From positions 111,166,001 to 111,230,000 of the forward strand of contig OZ024744.1 in the NCBI GenBank assembly GCA_964016885.1: a stretch of 64,000 nucleotides of DNA. The letters are read 5' to 3'. Positions 16,001-31,600 of this stretch are shown here, one piece after another (positions within the stretch are counted from its first letter, which is position 1; every line of letters starts with the position of its first letter). Below the pieces are notes generated by a model that was not told where the DNA came from, did not search any database, and was given only the letters and a program-made list of their open reading frames with translations. This DNA comes from Eledone cirrhosa. Lineage: Eukaryota. Made by a program: the position numbers and the translations under genes.

Positions 16001-19000
16001 ACATTGCTCTGAACACAGTAAAACTAAACAATCCACTATAGCTTACCTTGCCCTGAACACAGTAAAACTACACAATCCACTATAGCTTACCTTGCCCTGA
16101 ACACAGAAAAACTAAACAATCCACTATAACTTACATTGCCCTGAACACAGTAAAACTACACAATCCACTATAAATTACCTTGCTCTGAACACAGTAAAAT
16201 TACACAATCCACTATAACTTACCTTGCTCTGAACACAGTAAACCTACACAATCCACTATAAATTACCTTGCCCTGAACACAGTAAAACTACACAATCCAC
16301 TATAAGTTACCTTGCTCTGAACACAGTAAAACAACACAATCCACTATAACTTAACTGGCCCTGAACACAGTAAAACTACACAATCCACTATAACTTACCA
16401 TGCCCTGAACACAGTAAAACTAAACAATCCACTATAACTTACATTGCCCTGAACACAGTAAAATTACACAAACCACTATAAATTACCTTGCCCGGAACAC
16501 AGTAAAACTACACAATCCACTATAGTTTACCTTGCCCTGAACACAGTAAAACTACACAATCCACTATAAATTACCTTGCCCTGAACACAGTAAAACTACA
16601 CAATCCACTATAACTTACCTTGCCCTGGACACAGTAAAACTACACAATCCACTATAACTTACCTTGCTCTGAACACAGTAAAACTACACAATCCACTATA
16701 CCTTACATTGGCCTGAACACAGTAAAACTACACAATCCACTATAGCTTACATTGCTCTGAACACAGTAAAACTACACAATCCATTATAGCTTACCTTGCC
16801 CTGAAAACAGTGGAACTACACAATCCACTATAAATTACCTTGCTCTGAACACAGTAAAACTACACTATCCACTATAACTTACCTTGCTCTGAACACAGTA
16901 AAACTACACAATCCACTATAACTTACCTTGCTCTGAACACAGTAAAACTACACAATCCACTATAACTTACTTTGCCATGAACACAGTAAAACTACACAAT
17001 CCACTATAACTTACCTTGCACTGAACACAGTAAAACTATACAATCCACTATAGTTTACCTTGCCCTGAACACAGTAAAAGAGCACAATCTTCTATAACTT
17101 ACCTTGCCCTGAACACAGTAAAACTACTTAATTCACTATAACTTACCTTGCCCTGAACACAGTAAAACTACACAATCCACTATTACTTACCTTGCCCTGA
17201 ACACAGAATAACTACACAATCCACTATAACTTAACTGGCCCTGAACACAGTAAAACTACACAATCCACTATTACTTACCTTGCTCTGAACACAGTAAAAC
17301 TACACAATCCACTATTACTTACCTTGCTCTGAACACAGAAAAACTACACAATCCACTATAACTTACTTTGCCATGAACACAGTAAAACTACACAATCCAC
17401 TATAACTTAACTGGCCCTGAACACAGTAACACTACACAATTAACAATAACTTACCTTGCTCTGAACACAGTAAAACTACACAATGCACTATAACTTACTT
17501 TGCCATGAACACAGTAAAACTACACAATCCACTATAACTTACCTTGCACTGAACACAGTAAAACTACACAATCCACTATAAATTACCTTGTTCTGAACAC
17601 ACTAAAACTACACAATCCACTCTAACTTACCTTGCCCAGAACAAAGTAAAACTACGTAATCCACTATACCTTACCTTGCCCTGAACACAGTGAAACTACA
17701 CAATCCACTATAACTTACCTTGCTCTGAACACAGTAAAACTACACAATCCACTATACCTTACCTTGCCCTGAACACAGTAAAACTACATAATCCAATATA
17801 GTTTACCTTGCCCTGAACACAATAAAACTACACAATCCACTATAAATTACCTTGCTCTGAACACAATAAAACTACACAATCCACTATAACTTAACTGGCC
17901 TTGAACACAGTAAAACTAAAAAATCCACTATAACAAACATTGCCCTTAACACGGTAAAACTATACAAACCACTATAAATTACCTTGCCCTGAACACAGTA
18001 AAACTACATAATCCACTATAGTTTACCTTGCCCTGAACACAATAAAACTACACAATCCACTATAAATTACCTTGCCCTGAACACAGTAAAACTACACAAT
18101 CCACTATAACGTACCTTGCCCTGAACACAGTAAAACTACTTAATTCACTATAACTTACCTTGCTCTGAACATAGTAAAACTACACAATCCACTATACCTT
18201 ACCTTGCCCTGAACACAGTAAAACTACACAATCCTCTATAACTTACCTTGCTGTGAACACAGTAAAACTACACAATCCACTATGCCTTATCTTGCCCTGA
18301 ACACAGTAAAACTACACAATCCACTATTACTTACATTGCTCTGAACACAGAAAAACTACACAATCCACTATAACTTACTTTGCCATGAACACAGTAAAAC
18401 TACACAATCCACTACAACTTACCTTGCACTGAACACAGTAAAACTACACAATCCACTATAACTTAACTGGCCCTGAACACAGTAAATCTACACAATCCAC
18501 TATAACTTACCATGCCCTGAACACAGTAAAACTAAACAATCCACTATAACTTACATTGCCCTGAACACAGTAAAATTACACAAACCACTATAAATTACCT
18601 TGCCCGGAACACAGTAAGACTACACAATCCACTATAGTTTACCTTGCCCTGAACACAGTAAAACTACACAATCCACTATAAATTACCTTGCCCTGAACAC
18701 AGTAAAACTACACAAACCACTATAAATTACCTTGCTCAGAACACAGTAAAACTACACAATCCACTATAACTTACCTTGCTCTGAACACAGTAAAACTACA
18801 CAATCCACTATAACTTACTTTGCCATGAACACAGTAAAACTACACAATCCACTATAGCTTACATTGCTCTGAACACAGTAAAACTACACAATCCACTATA
18901 AATTACCTTGCCCTGAACACAGTAAAACTACACAATCCACTATTACTTACCTTGCCCTGAACACAGTAAAACTACAAAATCCACTATTACATACCTTGCT

Positions 19001-22000
19001 CTGAACACAGTAAAACTACACAATCCACTATTACTTACCTTGCTCTGAACACAGAAAAACTACACAATCCACTATAACTTACTTTGCCATGAACACAGTA
19101 AAACTACACAATCCACTATAACTTACCTTGCACTGAACAGAGTAAAACTACACAATGCACTATAACTTACTTTGCCATGTACACAGTAAAACTACACAAT
19201 CCACTATAACTTACCTTGCACTGAACAGAGTAAAACTACACAATCCACTATAAATTACCTTGTTCTGAACAGAGTAAAACTACACAATCCACTCTAACTT
19301 ACCTTGCCCAGAACAAAGTAAAAGTACGTAATCCACTATACCTTACCTTGCCCTGAACACAGTGAAACTACACAATCCACTATAACTTACCTTGCTCTGA
19401 ACACAGTAAAACTACACAATCCACTATACCTTACCTTGCCCTGAACACAGTAAAACTACATAATCCACTATAGTTTACCTTGCCCTGAACACAATAAAAC
19501 TACACAATCCACTATAAATTACCTTGCTCTGAACACAATAAAACTACACAATCCACTATAACTTAACTGGCCCTGAACACAGTAAAACTACACAATCCAC
19601 TATAACTTACCTTGCCCTGAACACAGTAAAACTACACAATCCACTATAACTTACCTTGCTCTGAACACGGTAAAACTACACAATCCACTATAACTTACCT
19701 TGCCCTGAACACAGTAAAACTACACAATCCACTATAACTTACCTTGCTCTGAACACGGTAAAACTACACAATCCACTATAACTTACCTTGCCCTGAACAC
19801 AGTAAAACTACACAATCCACTATAACTTACCTTGCCCTGAACACAGTAAAACTACACAATCCACTATAACAAACATTGCCCTGAACACGGTAAAACTACA
19901 CAAACCACTATAAATTACCTTGCCCTGAACACAGTAAAACTACATAATCCACTATAGTTTACCTTGCCCTGAACACAATAAAACTACACAATCCACTATA
20001 AATTACCTTGCCCTGAACACAGTAAAACTACACAATCCACTATAACGTACCTTGCCCTGAACACAGTAAAACTACTTAATTCACTATAACTTACCTTGCT
20101 CTGAACACAGTAAAACTACACAATCCACTATAACTTACCTTGCCCTGAACACAGTAAATCTACACAATCCTCTATAACTTACCTTGCTGTGAACACAGTA
20201 AAACTACACAATCCACTATGCCTTACCTTGCCCTGAACACAGTCACACTACACAATCCACTATAGCTTACATTGCTCTGAACACAGTAAAACTACACAAT
20301 CCACTATAGCTTACCTTGCCCTGAACGGAGTAAAACTACACAATACACTATAACTTACCTTGCCCTGAACACAGTAAAATTACACAATCCACTATAACTT
20401 ATCTTGCCCTGAACACAGTAAAACTACACAATCCACTATAACTTACCTTGCCCTGAACACAGTAAAACTACACGATCCACTATAACTTACCTTGCCCTGA
20501 ACACAGTAAAACTCCACAATCCACTATAACTTACCTTGCCCTGAACACAGTAAAACTACATAATCCACTATAACTTACCTTGCCCTGAACACAGTAAAAC
20601 TATACAATCCACTATAACTTACCTTGCCTGAACACAGTAACACTACACAATCCACTATTACTTAACTGGCCCTGAACACAGTAAAACTACAGAATCCACT
20701 ATAACTTACCTTGCCCAGAACAAATTAAAACTACGTAATCCACTATAACTTACCTTGCCCTGAACACGGTAAAACTACACAATCCACTATAGCTTACATT
20801 GCTCTGAACACAGTAAAACTACACAATCCACTATAGCTTACCTTGCCCTGAAAACACTAGAACTACACAATCCACTATAACTTACCTTGCTCTGAACAAA
20901 GTAAAACTACACAATCCGCTATAACTTGCCTTGCTCTGAACACAGTAAAACTACACGATCCACTATAACTTACTTTGCCATGAACACAGTAAAACTACAC
21001 AATCCACTATAAATTACCTTGCTCTGAACACAGTAAAACTACACAATCCACTATAACTTAACTGGCTCTGAACACAGTAAACTAAAGAATCCACTATAAC
21101 TTACCTTGCCCAGAACACAGTAAAACTACACAATCCACTATACCTTACCTTGCCCTGAACACAGTAAAACTACACAATCCACTATAGCTTACATTGCTCT
21201 GAACACAGTAAAACTACACAATCCACTATACCTTACCTTGCCCTGAACACAGTAAAACTACACAATCCACTATAGCTTACATTGCTCTGAACACAGTAAA
21301 ACTACACAATCCACTATACCTTACCTTGCCCTGAACACAGTAAAACTACACAATCCACTATAGCTTACATTGCTCTGAACACAGTAAAACTACACAATCC
21401 ATTATAGCTTACCTTGCCCTGAAAACAGTGGAACTACACAATCCACTATATATTACCTTGCTCTGAACACAGTAAAACTACACAATCCACTATAACTTAC
21501 CTTGCTCTGAACACAGTAAAACTACACAATCCACTATAACTTACTTTGCCATGAACACAGTAAAACTACACAATCCACTATAAATTACCTTGCACTGAAC
21601 ACAGTAAAACTACACAATCCATTATAGTTTACCTTGCCCTGAACACAGTAAAACTACACAATCCACTATAACGTACCTTGCCCTGAACACAGTAAAACTA
21701 CTTAATTCACTATAGCTTACATTGCTCTGAACACAGTAAAACTACACAATCCACTATAACTTACCTTGCTCTGAACACAGAATAACTACACAATCCACTA
21801 TAACTTAACTGGCCCTGAACACAGTAAAACTACACAATCCACTATTACTTATCTTTCTCTGAACACAGAAAAACTACACAATCCACTATTACTTACTTTG
21901 CCATGAACACAGTAAAACTACACAATCCACTATAACTTACTTTGCACTGTACACAGTAAAACTACACAATCCACTATAACTTAACTGGCCCTGAACACAG

Positions 22001-25000
22001 TAACACTACACAATCAACTATAACTTACCTTGCTCTGAACACAGTAAAACTACACAATGCACTATAACTTACTTTGCCATGAACACAGTAAAACTACACA
22101 ATCCACTATAACTTAACTTGCACTGAACACAATAAAACTACACAATCCACTATAAATTACCTTGTTCTGAATACAGTAAAACTACACAATCCACTCTAAC
22201 TTACCTTGCCCAGAACAAAGTAAAACTACGTAATCCGCTATACCTTACCTTGCCCTGAACACAGTGAAACTACACAATCCACTATAACTTACCTTGCTCT
22301 GAACACAGTAAAACTACACAATCCACTATACCTTACCTTGCCCTGAACACAGTAAAACTACATAATCCACTATAGTTTACCTTGCCCTGAACACAATAAA
22401 ACTACACAATCCACTATAAATTACCTTGCCCTGAAAACAATAGAACTACACAATCCACTATAAATTACCTTGCTCTGAACACAATAAAACTACACACTCC
22501 ACTATAACTTAACTGGCCCTGAACACAGTAAAACTACACAATCCACTATAACTTACCTTGCCCTGAACACAGTAAAACTACACAATCCACTATAACTTAC
22601 CTTGCTCTGAACACAATAAAACTACACAATCCACTATAACTTAACTGGCCCTGAACACAGTAAAACTACACAATCCACTATAACTTACCTTGCCCTGAAC
22701 ACAGTAAAACTACGCAATCCACTATAACAAACATTGCCCTGAACACGGTAAAACTACACAAACCACTATAAATTACCTTGCCCTGAACACAGTAAAACTA
22801 CATAATCCACTATAGTTTACCTTGCCCTGAACACAATAAAACTACACAATCCACTATCAATTACCTTGCCCTGAACACAGTAAAACTACACAATCCACTA
22901 TAACGTACCTTGCCATGAACACAGTAAAACTACTTAATTCACTATAACATACCTTGCTCTGAACACAGTAAAACTACACAATCCACTATACCTTACCTTG
23001 CCCTGAACACAGTAAAACTACACAATCCACTATAACTTACCTTGCCCTGAACACAGTAAAACTACACAATCCTCTATAACTTACCTTGCTGTGAACACAG
23101 TAAAACTACACAATCCACTATGCCTTACCTTGCCCTGAACACAGTAAAACTACACAATCCACTACAACTTACCTTGCACTGAACACAGTAAAACTACACA
23201 ATCCACTATAAATTACCTTCCTCTGAACACAGTAAAACTACACAATCCACTATAACTTAACTGGCCCTGAACACAGTAACACTACACAATCAACTATAAC
23301 TTACATTGCACTGAACACAGTAAAACTACACAATCCACTATAAATTACGTTGTTCTGAACACACTAAAACTACACAATCCACTCTAACCTACCTTGCCCA
23401 GAACAAAGTATAACTACGTAATCCACTATACCTTACCTTGCCCTGAACACAGTAAAACTACACAATCCACTATAGCTTACATTGCTCTGAACACAGTAAA
23501 ACTACACAATCCACTATAGCTTACCTTGCCCTGAACACAGTAAAACTACACAATCCACTATAAATTACCTTGCTCTGAACACAGTAAAACTATACAATCC
23601 ACTATAACTTACGTTGCCCTGAACACAGTAAAACTACACAATCCACTATAACTTACATTGCCCTGAACACAGTAAAACTACACAATCCAATATAACTTAA
23701 CTTGCCCTGAACGGAGTAAAACTACACAATACACTATAACTTACTTTGCCCTGAACGCAGTAAAATTACATAATCCACTATAACTTAACTTACCCTAAAC
23801 ACAGTAAAACTACACAATCCACTATAACTTACCTTGCCCTGAACACAGTAAAACTACACAATCCACTATAACTTATCTTGCCCTGAACACAGTAAAACTA
23901 CAAGATCCACTATAACTTACCTTGCCCTGAACACAGTAAAACTCCACAATCCACTATAACTTACCTTGCCCTGAACACAGTAAAACTACATAATCCACTA
24001 TGACTTACCTTGCCCTGAACACAGTAAAACTATACAATCCACTATAACTTACCTTGCCTGAACACAGTAACACTACACAATCCACAATTACTTAACTGGC
24101 CCTGAACACAGTAAAACTACAGAATCCACTATAACTTACCTTGCTCTGAACACAGTAAAACTACGTAATCCACTATAACTTACCTTGCCCTGAACACGGT
24201 AAAACTACACAATCCACTATAGCTTACATTGCTCTGAACACAGTAAAACTACACAATCCGCTATAGATTACCTTGCACTGAACACTGTAAAACTACACAA
24301 TCCACTATAAATTACCTTGCTCTGAACACAGTAAAACTACACAATCCACTATAACTTACCTTGCTCTGAACACAGTAAAACTACACAATCCACTATAACT
24401 TACTTTGCCATGAACACAGTAAAACTACACAATCCACTATAACTTACCTTGCACTGAACACAGTAAAACTATACAATCCACTATAGTTTACCTTGCCCTG
24501 AACAAAGTAAAAGAGCACAATCTTCTATAACTTACCTTGCCCTGAACACAGTAAAACTACTTAATTCACTATAACTTACCTTGCCCTGAACACAGTAAAA
24601 CTACACAATCCACTATTACTTACCTTGCCCTGAACACAGAATAACTACACAATCCACTATAACTTAACTGGCCCTGAACACAGTAAAACTACACAATCCA
24701 CTATTACTTACCTTGCTCTGAACACAGTAAAACTACACAATCCACTATTACTTACCTTGCTCTGAACACAGAAAAACTACACAATCCACTATAACTTACT
24801 TTGCCATGAACACAGTAAAACTACACAATCCACTATAACTTAACTGGCCCTGAACACAGTAACACTACACAATTAACTATAACTTACCTTGCTCTGAACA
24901 CAGTAAAACTACACAATGCACTATAACTTACTTTGCCATGAACACAGTAAAACTACACAATCCACTATAACTTACCTTGCACTGAACACAGTAAAACTAC

Positions 25001-28000
25001 ACAATCCACTATAAATTACCTTGTTCTGAACACAGTAAAACTACACAATCCACTCTAACTTACCTTGCCCAGAACAAAGTAAAACTACGTAATCCACTAT
25101 ACCTTACCTTGCCCTGAACACAGTGAAACTACACAATCCACTATAACTTACCTTGCTCTGAACACAGTAAAACTACACAATCCACTATAACTTACCTTGC
25201 CCTGAACACAGTAAAACTACATAATCCAATATAGTTTACCTTGCCCTGAACACAATAAAACTACACAATCCACTATAAATTACCTTGCTCTGAACACAAT
25301 AAAACTACACAATCCACTATAACTTAACTGGCCCTGAACACAGTAAAACTAAAAAATCCACTATAACAAACATTGCCCTTAACACGGTAAAACTACACAC
25401 ACCACTATAAATTACCTTGCCCTGAACACAGTAAAACTACATAATCCACTATAGTTTACCTTGCCCTGAACACAATAAAACTACACAATCCACTATAAAT
25501 TACCTTGTCCTGAACACAGTAAAACTACACAATCCACTATAACGTACCTTGCCCTGAACACAGTAAAACTACTTAATTCACTATAACTTACCTTGCTCTG
25601 AACATAGTAAAACTACACAATCCACTATACCTTACCTTGCCCTGAACACAGTAAAACTACACAATCCTCTATAACTTACCTTGCTGTGAACACAGTAAAA
25701 CTACACAATCCACTATGCCTTACCTTGCCCTGAACACAGTAAAACTACACAATCCACTATAACTTACTTTGCCATGAACACAGTAAAACTACACAATCCA
25801 CTACAACTTACCTTGCACTGAACACAGTAAAACTACACAATCCACTATAACTTAACTGGCCCTGAACACAGTAACACTACACAATCCACTCTAACATACC
25901 TTGCCCAGAACAAAGTATAACTACGTAATCCACTATACCTTACCTTGCCCTGAACACAGTCAAACTACACAATCCACTATAGCTTACATTGCTCTGAACA
26001 CAGTAAAACTACACAATCCACTATAGCTTACCTTGCACTGAACACATTAAAACTACACAATCCACTATAAATTACCTTCCTCTGAACACAGTAAAACTAC
26101 ACAATCCACTATAACTTAACTGGCCCTGAACACAGTAACACTACACAATCCACTATAACTTAACTGGCCCTGAACACAGTAAATCTACACAATCCACTAT
26201 AACTTACCATGCCCTGAACACAGTAAAACTAAACAATCCACTATAACTTACATTGCCCTGAACACAGTAAAATTACACAAACCACTATAAATTAACTTGC
26301 CCGGAACACAGTAAGACTACACAATCCACTATAGTTTACCTTGCCCTGAACACAGTAAAACTACACAATCCACTATAAATTACCTTGCCCTGAACACAGT
26401 AAAACTACACAATCCACTATAACTTACCTTGCCCTGGACACAGTAAAACTACACAAACCACTATAACTTACCTTGCTCTGAACACAGTAAAACTACACAA
26501 TCCACTATACCTTACCTTGGCCTGAACACAGTAAAACTACACAATCCACTATAGCTTACATTGCTCTGAACACAGTAAAACTACACAATCCATTATAGCT
26601 TACCTTGCCCTGAAAACAGTGGAACTACACAATCCACTATAAATTACCTTGCTCTGAACACAGTAAAACTACACAATCCACTATAACTTACCTTGCTCTG
26701 AACACAGTAAAACTACACAATCCACTATAACTTACCTTGCTCTGAACACAGTAAAACTACACAATCCACTATAACTTACTTTGCCATGAACACAGTAAAA
26801 CTACACAATCCACTATAACTTACCTTGCACTGAACACAGTAAAACTACACAATCCACTATAGTTTACCTTGCCCTGAGCACAGTAAAACTACACATTCCA
26901 CTATAACGTACCTTGCCCTGAACAGAGTAAAACTACTTAATTCACTATAACTTACCTTGCTCTGAACACAGTAAAACTACACAATCCACTATACCTTACC
27001 TTGCCCTGAACACAGTAAAACTACACAATCCACTATAGCTTACATTGCTCTGAACACAGTAAAACTACACTATCCACTATAAATTACCTTGCCCTGAACA
27101 CAGTAAAACTACACAATCCACTATTACTTACCTTGCCCTGAACACAGAATAACTACACAATCCACTATAACTTAACTGGCCCTGAACACAGTAAAACTAC
27201 ACAATCCACTATTACATACCTTGCTCTGAACACAGTAAAACTACACAATCCACTATTACTTACCTTGCTCTGAACACAGAAAAACTACACAATCCACTAT
27301 AACTTACTTTGCCATGAACACAGTAAAACTACACAATCCACTATAACTTACCTTGCACTGAACAGAGTAAAACTACACAATGCACTATAACTTACTTTGC
27401 CATGTACACAGTAAAACTACACAATCCACTATAACTTACCTTGCACTGAACAGAGTAAAACTACACAATCCACTATAAATTACCTTGTTCTGAACAGAGT
27501 AAAACTACACAATCCACTCTAACTTACCTTGCCCAGAACAAAGTAAAACTACGTAATCCACTATACCTTACCTTGCCCTGAACACAGTGAAACTACACAA
27601 TCCACTATAACTTACCTTGCTCTGAACACAGTAAAACTACACAATCCACTATACCTTACCTTGCCCTGAACACAGTAAAACTACATAATCCACTATAGTT
27701 TACCTTGCCCTGAACACAATAAAACTACACAATCCACTATAAATTACCTTGCTCTGAACACAATAAAACTACACAATCCACTATAACTTAACTGGCCCTG
27801 AACACAGTAAAACTACACAATCCACTATAACTTACCTTGCACTGAACACAGTAAAACTACACAATCCACTATAACAAACATTGCCCTGAACACGGTAAAA
27901 CTACACAAACCACTATAAATTACCTTGCCCTGAACACAGTAAAACTACATAATCCACTATAGTTTACCTTGCCCTGAACACAATAAAACTACACAATCCA

Positions 28001-28624
28001 CTATAAATTACCTTGCCCTGAACACAGTAAAACTACACAATCCACTATAACGTACCTTGCCCTGAACACAGTAAAACTACTTAGTTCACTATAACTTACC
28101 TTGCTCTGAACACAGTAAAACTACACAATCCACTATAACTTACCTTGCCCTGAACACAGTAAATCTACACAATCCTCTATAACTTACCTTGCTGTGAACA
28201 CAGTAAAACTACACAATCCACTATGCCTTACCTTGCCCTGAACACAGTCAAACTACACAATCCACTATAGCTTACATTGCTCTGAACACAGTAAAACTAC
28301 ACAATCCACTATAGCTTACCTTGCCCTGAACGGAGTAAAACTACACAATACACTATAACTTACCTTGCCCTGAACACAGTAAAACTACACAATCCACTAT
28401 AACTTATCTTGCCCTGAACACAGTAAAACTACACAATCCACTATAACTTACCTTGCCCTGAACACAGTAAAACTACACGATCCACTATAACTTACCTTGC
28501 CCTGAACACAGTAAAACTCCACAATCCACTATAACTTACCTTGCCCTGAACACAGTAAAACTACATAATCCACTATAACTTACCTTGCCCTGAACACAGT
28601 AAAACTATACAATCCACTATAACT

Positions 28625-31600
28625 TACCTTGCCTGAACACAGTAACACTACACAATCCACTATTACTTAACTGGCCCTGAACACAGTAAAACTACAGAAT
28701 CCACTATAACTTACCTTACTCTGAACACAGTAAAAGTACACAATCCACTATAGCTTACATTGCTCTGAACACAGTAAAACTACACAATCCACTATAGCTT
28801 ACCTTGCCCTGAAAACACTAGAACTACACAATCCACTATAGCTTACCTTGCCCTGAAAACACTAGAACTACACAATCCACTATAAATTACCTTGCTCTGA
28901 ACAAAGTAAATCTACACAATCCGCTATAACTTACCTTGCCCTGAACACAGTAAAACTACACAATCCCCTATAACTTACCTTGCCCTGAACACAGTAAAAC
29001 TACACGATCCACTATAACTTACTTTGCCATGAACACAGTAAAACTACACAATCCACTATAACTTACCTTGCACTGAACACTGTAAAACTACACAATCCAC
29101 TATAAATTACCTTGCTCTGAACACAGTAAAACTACACAATCCACTATAACTTAACTGGCTCTGAACACAGTAAACTAAAGAATCCACTATAACTTACCTT
29201 GCCCAGAACACAGTAAAACTACACAATCCACTATACCTTACCTTGCCCTGAACACAGTAAAACTACACAATCCACTATACCTTACCTTGCCCTGAACACA
29301 GTAAAACTACACAATCCACTATAGCTTACATTGCTCTGAACACACTAAAACTATACAATCCACTATAGCTTACCTTGCCCTGAACACAGTAAAACTACGC
29401 AATCCACTATAACTTACCTTGCACTGAACACAGTAAACTACAGAATCCACTATAACTTACCTTGCTCAGAACACAGTAAAACTACACAATCCACTATAAC
29501 TTAACTGGCTCTGAACACACTAAACTACAGAATCCACTATAACTTACCTTGCCCTGAACACAGTAAAACTACACAATCCACTATAACTTACCTTGCACTG
29601 AACTCAGTAAACTACACAATCCACTATAACTTTCCTTGCCCAAAACAAAGTAAAACTACGTAATCCACTATAACTTACCTTGCCCTGAACACAGTAAAAC
29701 TACACAATCCACTATAGCTTACCTTGATCTGAACACAGTAAAACTACACAATCCACTATAACTTAACTGGCCCTGAACACAGTAAAACTACACGATCCAC
29801 TATAACTTACCTTGCCCTGAACACAGTAAAACTACAGAATGCACTATAACTTACCTTGCCCAGAACAAAGTAAAACTACGTAATCCACTATAACTTACCT
29901 TGATCTGAACACAGTAAAACTACACAATCCACTATAACTTACCTTGCCCAGAACAAAGTAAAACTACGTAATCCACAATAACTCACCTTGCCCTGAACAC
30001 AGTAAAACTACAGAATCCACTATAACTTACCTTGCCCTGAACACAGTAAAACTACACAATCCACTATAACTTACCTTACCCTGAACACAGTAAAACTACA
30101 CAATCCACTATAACTTACCTTGCCTGAACACAGTAAAACTACACTATCCACTATAACTTACCTTGCCTGAACGCAGTAAAACTACAGAATCCACTATAAC
30201 TTAACTGGCCCTGAACACAGTAAAACTACACAATCCACTATAACTTACCTTACCCTGAACACAGTAAAACTACAGAATCCACTATAACTTACCTTGCCCT
30301 GAACACAGTAAAACTACACAATCAACTATAACTTACCTTACCCTGAACACAGTAAAACTACAGAATCCACTATAACTTACCTTGCCTGAACACAGTAAAA
30401 CTACACTATCCACTATAACTTACCTTGCCTCAACACAGTAAAACTACAGAATCCACTATAACTTAACTGGCCCTGAACACAGTAAAACTACAGAATCCAC
30501 TATAACTTACCTTGCCCTGAACACAGTAAAACTACACAATCCACTATAACTTAACTGGCCCTGAACACAGTAAAACTACACAATCCACTATAACTTAACT
30601 GGCCCTGAACACAGTAAAACTACACAATCCACTATAACTTAACTGGCCCTGAACACACTAAACTACAGAATCCACTATAACTTACCTTGCTCTGAACACA
30701 GTAAAAATACACAATCCACTATAACTTAACTGGCCCTGAACACAGTAAAACTACACAATCCACTATAAGTTACCTTGCTCTGAACACAGTAAAACTACAC
30801 AATCCACTATAATTTACCTTGCCCTGAACACAGTAAACTACACAATCCACTATAACTTACACTGCCCTGAACACAGTAAAACTACACAAAACACTATAAA
30901 TTACCTTGTTATGAACACAGTAAAACTACACAATCCACTAAACCTTACCTTGCCCTGAACACAGTAAACTACACGATCCACTATAACTTACATTGCCCTG
31001 AACACAGTAAAACTACACAAACCACTATAAATTACCTTGCCCTGAACACAGTAAAACTACACAATCCACTATAAATTACCTTGCTCTGAACACAGTAAAA
31101 TTACACAATCCACTATAACTTAACTGACCCTGAACACAGTAAACTACAGAATCCAATATAACTTACCTTGTCCTGAACACAGTAAAACTACACAATCCAC
31201 TATAACTTACCTTGCCCTGATCACAGTAAAACTACACAATCCACTATAACTTACCTTGCCCTGAACACAGTAAAACTACACAATCCACTATAACTTACCT
31301 TGCCCTGAACACAGTAAAACTACACAATCCACTATAACTTACCTTGCCCTGAAAACAGTAAAACTACACAATCCACTATAACTTACCTTGCCCTGATCAC
31401 AGTAAAACTACACAATCCACTATAACTTACCTTGCCCTGAACACAGTAAAATAACACAATCCACCAAAACTTACCTTGCTCTGAACACAGTAAAACTACA
31501 CAATCCACTATAACTTACCTTCCTGTGAACACAATAAAACTACACAATCCACTATAACTTACCTTGCCCTGAACACAGTAGAACTAGACAATCCACTATA

